This document shows, piece by piece, positions 61,720-64,000 of a stretch of DNA of 64,000 nucleotides. Where the stretch lies: NCBI GenBank assembly GCA_963804125.1, contig CAWDPF010000012.1, positions 11,732 through 75,731 of the forward strand. Direction: 5' to 3'. The position numbers and the translations under genes were made by a program. Source of the DNA: an uncultured Gemmatimonadales bacterium. Its GTDB lineage: Bacteria > Gemmatimonadota > Gemmatimonadetes > Gemmatimonadales > GWC2-71-9. The notes below the pieces were generated by a model, which saw only the letters and a program-made list of their open reading frames with translations, did not search any database and was not told the origin of the DNA. Each line of letters begins with the position of its first letter. Position 1 is the first letter of the stretch.

Positions 61720-62412
61720 ATGATTGACGTCGTCCTCGCGTGGAGTGGCGGCAAGGACAGCGCGCTCGCCCTGGCCGCGCTCCGTGCCGATCCGCGGTAC
61801 CGGCTCGTCGCGCTCCTCACCTCCGTCACACGCGAGTACGACCGCATCAGCATCCATGGTGTGCGCCGCGCGGTGCTCGAGGCCCAGACTGCCGCCCTGG
61901 GCTTGCCGCTGATTGAGGTCTCCATCCCGTCGGGCGCCAGCAACACAGAATACGAAGCGGCCTTCGCCCAGGCGTTACGCACCGCCCAGGAGCGTTGGCC
62001 CGGACTGCGCCACATCGCCTTCGGTGACCTCTTTCTCACGGACGTTCGCGCTTACCGCGAGGCGCTGCTGGGCGCCCTGGGCTGGACCGGCGTGTTCCCA
62101 CTTTGGGGCGAGGACACGGCGGCCCTGTCCCGCCAGTTTGTCCAGAGCGGCTATCGGGCGATTCTCACGTGCGTCGACACGACCCAGCTGGGGCCGGAGT
62201 TCGCCGGGCGAGAGTTCGATGCCTGCTTCCTCGCGGGCTTGCCGGGGACCGTCGATCCGTGTGGCGAGCGGGGCGAGTTCCACACCTGTGTGTATGCGGG
62301 ACCGCTCTTCACGCGCCCGCTGCCGCTGGTCACAGGTGAGCGGCTGCGCCGGGAGGCCCGCTTCGAGTACTGTGACGTGCTGCTCGCGCCGGTCGAGTCA
62401 TCGGCCGCCTAG
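61720..62412 (+). CDS. PP-loop ATPase (diphthine-ammonia ligase-like family)
   Basis: WSGGKDS, FGDLF, DPCGERGEFHT. Confidence 0.88.
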   Translation: MIDVVLAWSGGKDSALALAALRADPRYRLVALLTSVTREYDRISIHGVRRAVLEAQTAALGLPLIEVSIPSGASNTEYEAAFAQALRTAQERWPGLRHIAFGDLFLTDVRAYREALLGALGWTGVFPLWGEDTAALSRQFVQSGYRAILTCVDTTQLGPEFAGREFDACFLAGLPGTVDPCGERGEFHTCVYAGPLFTRPLPLVTGERLRREARFEYCDVLLAPVESSAA

Positions 62413-62497
62413 GCCTCAAGGGGCCGTCGAACGCGAGCTTTCACAGGTCGTTTGGCGCTGGTCAGCCTTCCTCAGGCAGCTTACTCGGGAGGCCCAC

Positions 62498-62860
62498 ATG
62501 TCGGCTCGCGGCGCGCCTCGAACTGGGCTGTACCTTTTTTGTACCGCGTGTGGTCTGTTCGCCACGGGCTACGGTGCGCTCGACGTGGTGCCGGCGCCGG
62601 GCATGGCCTTCCTGTTGGGGTGGGGACCGGCGATCGCCGTGGCGTGGTGGCTCTCCGAAGACAGCAAGCGGACTCGGACCGTCGAGGCATTCGACTCGGG
62701 CTTGTTCTTCTATTTGACATGGCCGCTGACGCTCCCGTGGTACGCGCTCCGGACGAGGGGACGCGCGGGGTGGGCCCTCGCGGCTCAGCTCTACGGGCTG
62801 GCGTTGGTCGGACCGCTGGGGTTCATCTGGGGCGCCACTCTGCGCCTCTTCATCTCCTGA
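62498..62860 (+). CDS. Hypothetical membrane protein
   Basis: GGAGG RBS; hydrophobic ORF. Confidence 0.65.
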   Translation: MSARGAPRTGLYLFCTACGLFATGYGALDVVPAPGMAFLLGWGPAIAVAWWLSEDSKRTRTVEAFDSGLFFYLTWPLTLPWYALRTRGRAGWALAAQLYGLALVGPLGFIWGATLRLFIS

Positions 62861-62967
62861 GCGGATCAACGCGGGCGTACCTGGTCGTTCGCACCTGATT
62901 GGCGTTCCGCAAGGCAGCCGCCCCAACGCTCGAAGCATGGGCGAGTCCTGCAACAGCTGGAGTCACC

Positions 62968-63258
62968 ATGGATAAGCAGGTCGTTGCACTGTTCATTCCG
63001 ATCGTAGCGCTGGCCATTCCCCTCGCGGCTATCATCTTCTATGGGCTTCTAAGGGTCGCGCGGATGCGGCTCGAGGAGGCACGAGTCCACGCAGGCGTGC
63101 TGGACAAGGGGAGCGAGGCTGAGATCGCGACGCTTCGGGATGAGGTCGGTGAAATACGACGCGAGCTGAGCGAAGTGCAGGAACGGCTCGATTTCGCCGA
63201 GCGGCTGCTCAGTCAGGCGCGCGAAGTCGACCGGCTTCCCGGCCCCCACGAGACCTAA
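62968..63258 (+). CDS. TM + coiled-coil protein (paralogue of 58520..58795)
   Basis: N-terminal TM then QERLDFAERLL. Confidence 0.72.
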   Translation: MDKQVVALFIPIVALAIPLAAIIFYGLLRVARMRLEEARVHAGVLDKGSEAEIATLRDEVGEIRRELSEVQERLDFAERLLSQAREVDRLPGPHET

Positions 63259-63521
63259 TGGCACTTCCCCGAGGGCGAACGTGGTGGACGCGGGTGTTAG
63301 GCAGCCTCGGGGCAGGGCTGGGGAGTGCGCTGCTCGTCGCCATGGCGCTCACGGTGGTCGATCTCTATCAGGCGGGCCACGGCCGGATGCTCCTGAGTCG
63401 GCCCTGGCTGGATGTGGAGAGGCTGGGTGTGCACCTCAGCAGAGCCGACGCCGTGTGCTTGCTCGCTGCGGTCGTCGGGACGGCGCTCACGTGGCGCGGA
63501 ACTGCGCCGGGGAGTGCCTGA
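63258..63521 (+). CDS. Small membrane protein
   Basis: 2 TM; translationally coupled to the previous gene. Confidence 0.6.
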   Translation: MALPRGRTWWTRVLGSLGAGLGSALLVAMALTVVDLYQAGHGRMLLSRPWLDVERLGVHLSRADAVCLLAAVVGTALTWRGTAPGSA

Positions 63522-63583
63522 CGGGAAGGACGGCCTGCGAATCCTCCGCCTCGTGCCCAGCGTTTGCCAAGGAGCTTAGTGCC

Positions 63584-63841
63584 ATGTCGATCATGCCGAC
63601 TCCGCTCGCGCTGCTGAGCATAGCGCTTCTCCACGGCTGTGCCGCCGCCACCCAGCCGTCCCCTGCTGCGCAGCGGCTCGAGCCCGACTGCTCGTTCCGG
63701 TCCCCTTCAACCTGCTGGCCGGTGGCTGGCCGGTTTCCTCCCCGGCCCCCAAAGTCTGCAGTCCCGAAACCGGATGATATCCGAGACCTCTCGCCTATCA
63801 CGGTAGCAAGCAAAGCCGATTCCGCCCGAGGCAGTCATTAG
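63584..63841 (+). CDS. Putative lipoprotein
   Basis: AAGGAG RBS; lipobox-like LLHGC. Confidence 0.55.
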   Translation: MSIMPTPLALLSIALLHGCAAATQPSPAAQRLEPDCSFRSPSTCWPVAGRFPPRPPKSAVPKPDDIRDLSPITVASKADSARGSH

Positions 63842-64000
63842 GCGCACGCGTTCCTTCCGGAGCATCCAATGCCTCGCCTGCCTCGCGTCTCCGCGCTGAT
63901 CCTGCTCGCCTGGCTGACTGATTGCGGTTCTCCCGGGAGCCATGCCCAGAGCCGGGAAGGGGTGGTCGGCCAGGACACGGGCTTCGGCCGGCCGGCCGTC

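Larger units (their letters stand above)
41245..64000 (+). mobile_element. Chromosomal integron with cassette array (defective intI; distal extent approximate)
   Basis: intI fragment, 8 full-length attC sites, many eroded attC remnants, short diverse lower-GC ORFs. Confidence 0.88.

Overview
Two-part window from a very GC-rich bacterium. The gene order suggests Gemmatimonadota (inference only). Positions ~1-38.3 kb are core housekeeping operons: rsmE, hinT, rpsU, mutS2, dnaG, recJ, rsmD, coaD, pta, an Rsb partner-switching trio, rsmA, rex, arcA-like, infC-rpmI-rplT-pheST-zapA-rny-folD-xseAB-ispA-dxs-nadK-recN, and tRNA-Leu(UAA). Many essential genes are split by single-base frameshifts, which I read as consensus errors. 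Intergenic spaces carry a family of REP-like palindromes (GTCATCCTGAGCGAAGCGAAGG...CCTTCGCTTCGCTCAGGATGAC) and inverted octamer arrays, and one octamer-array pair brackets a four-helix-bundle gene. From ~41.2 kb to the end lies a chromosomal integron: a truncated intI co-oriented with a long array of lower-GC cassettes separated by 124-144 bp attC sites. The attC sites are mostly intact proximally and increasingly eroded distally. The most notable item is a cassette encoding a MerB-like organomercurial lyase with an in-frame UGA at the second catalytic Cys position, followed by an fdhF-like SECIS hairpin, i.e. a probable mobile selenoprotein. Two ORFs also appear to sit between the left and right halves of a single attC site.
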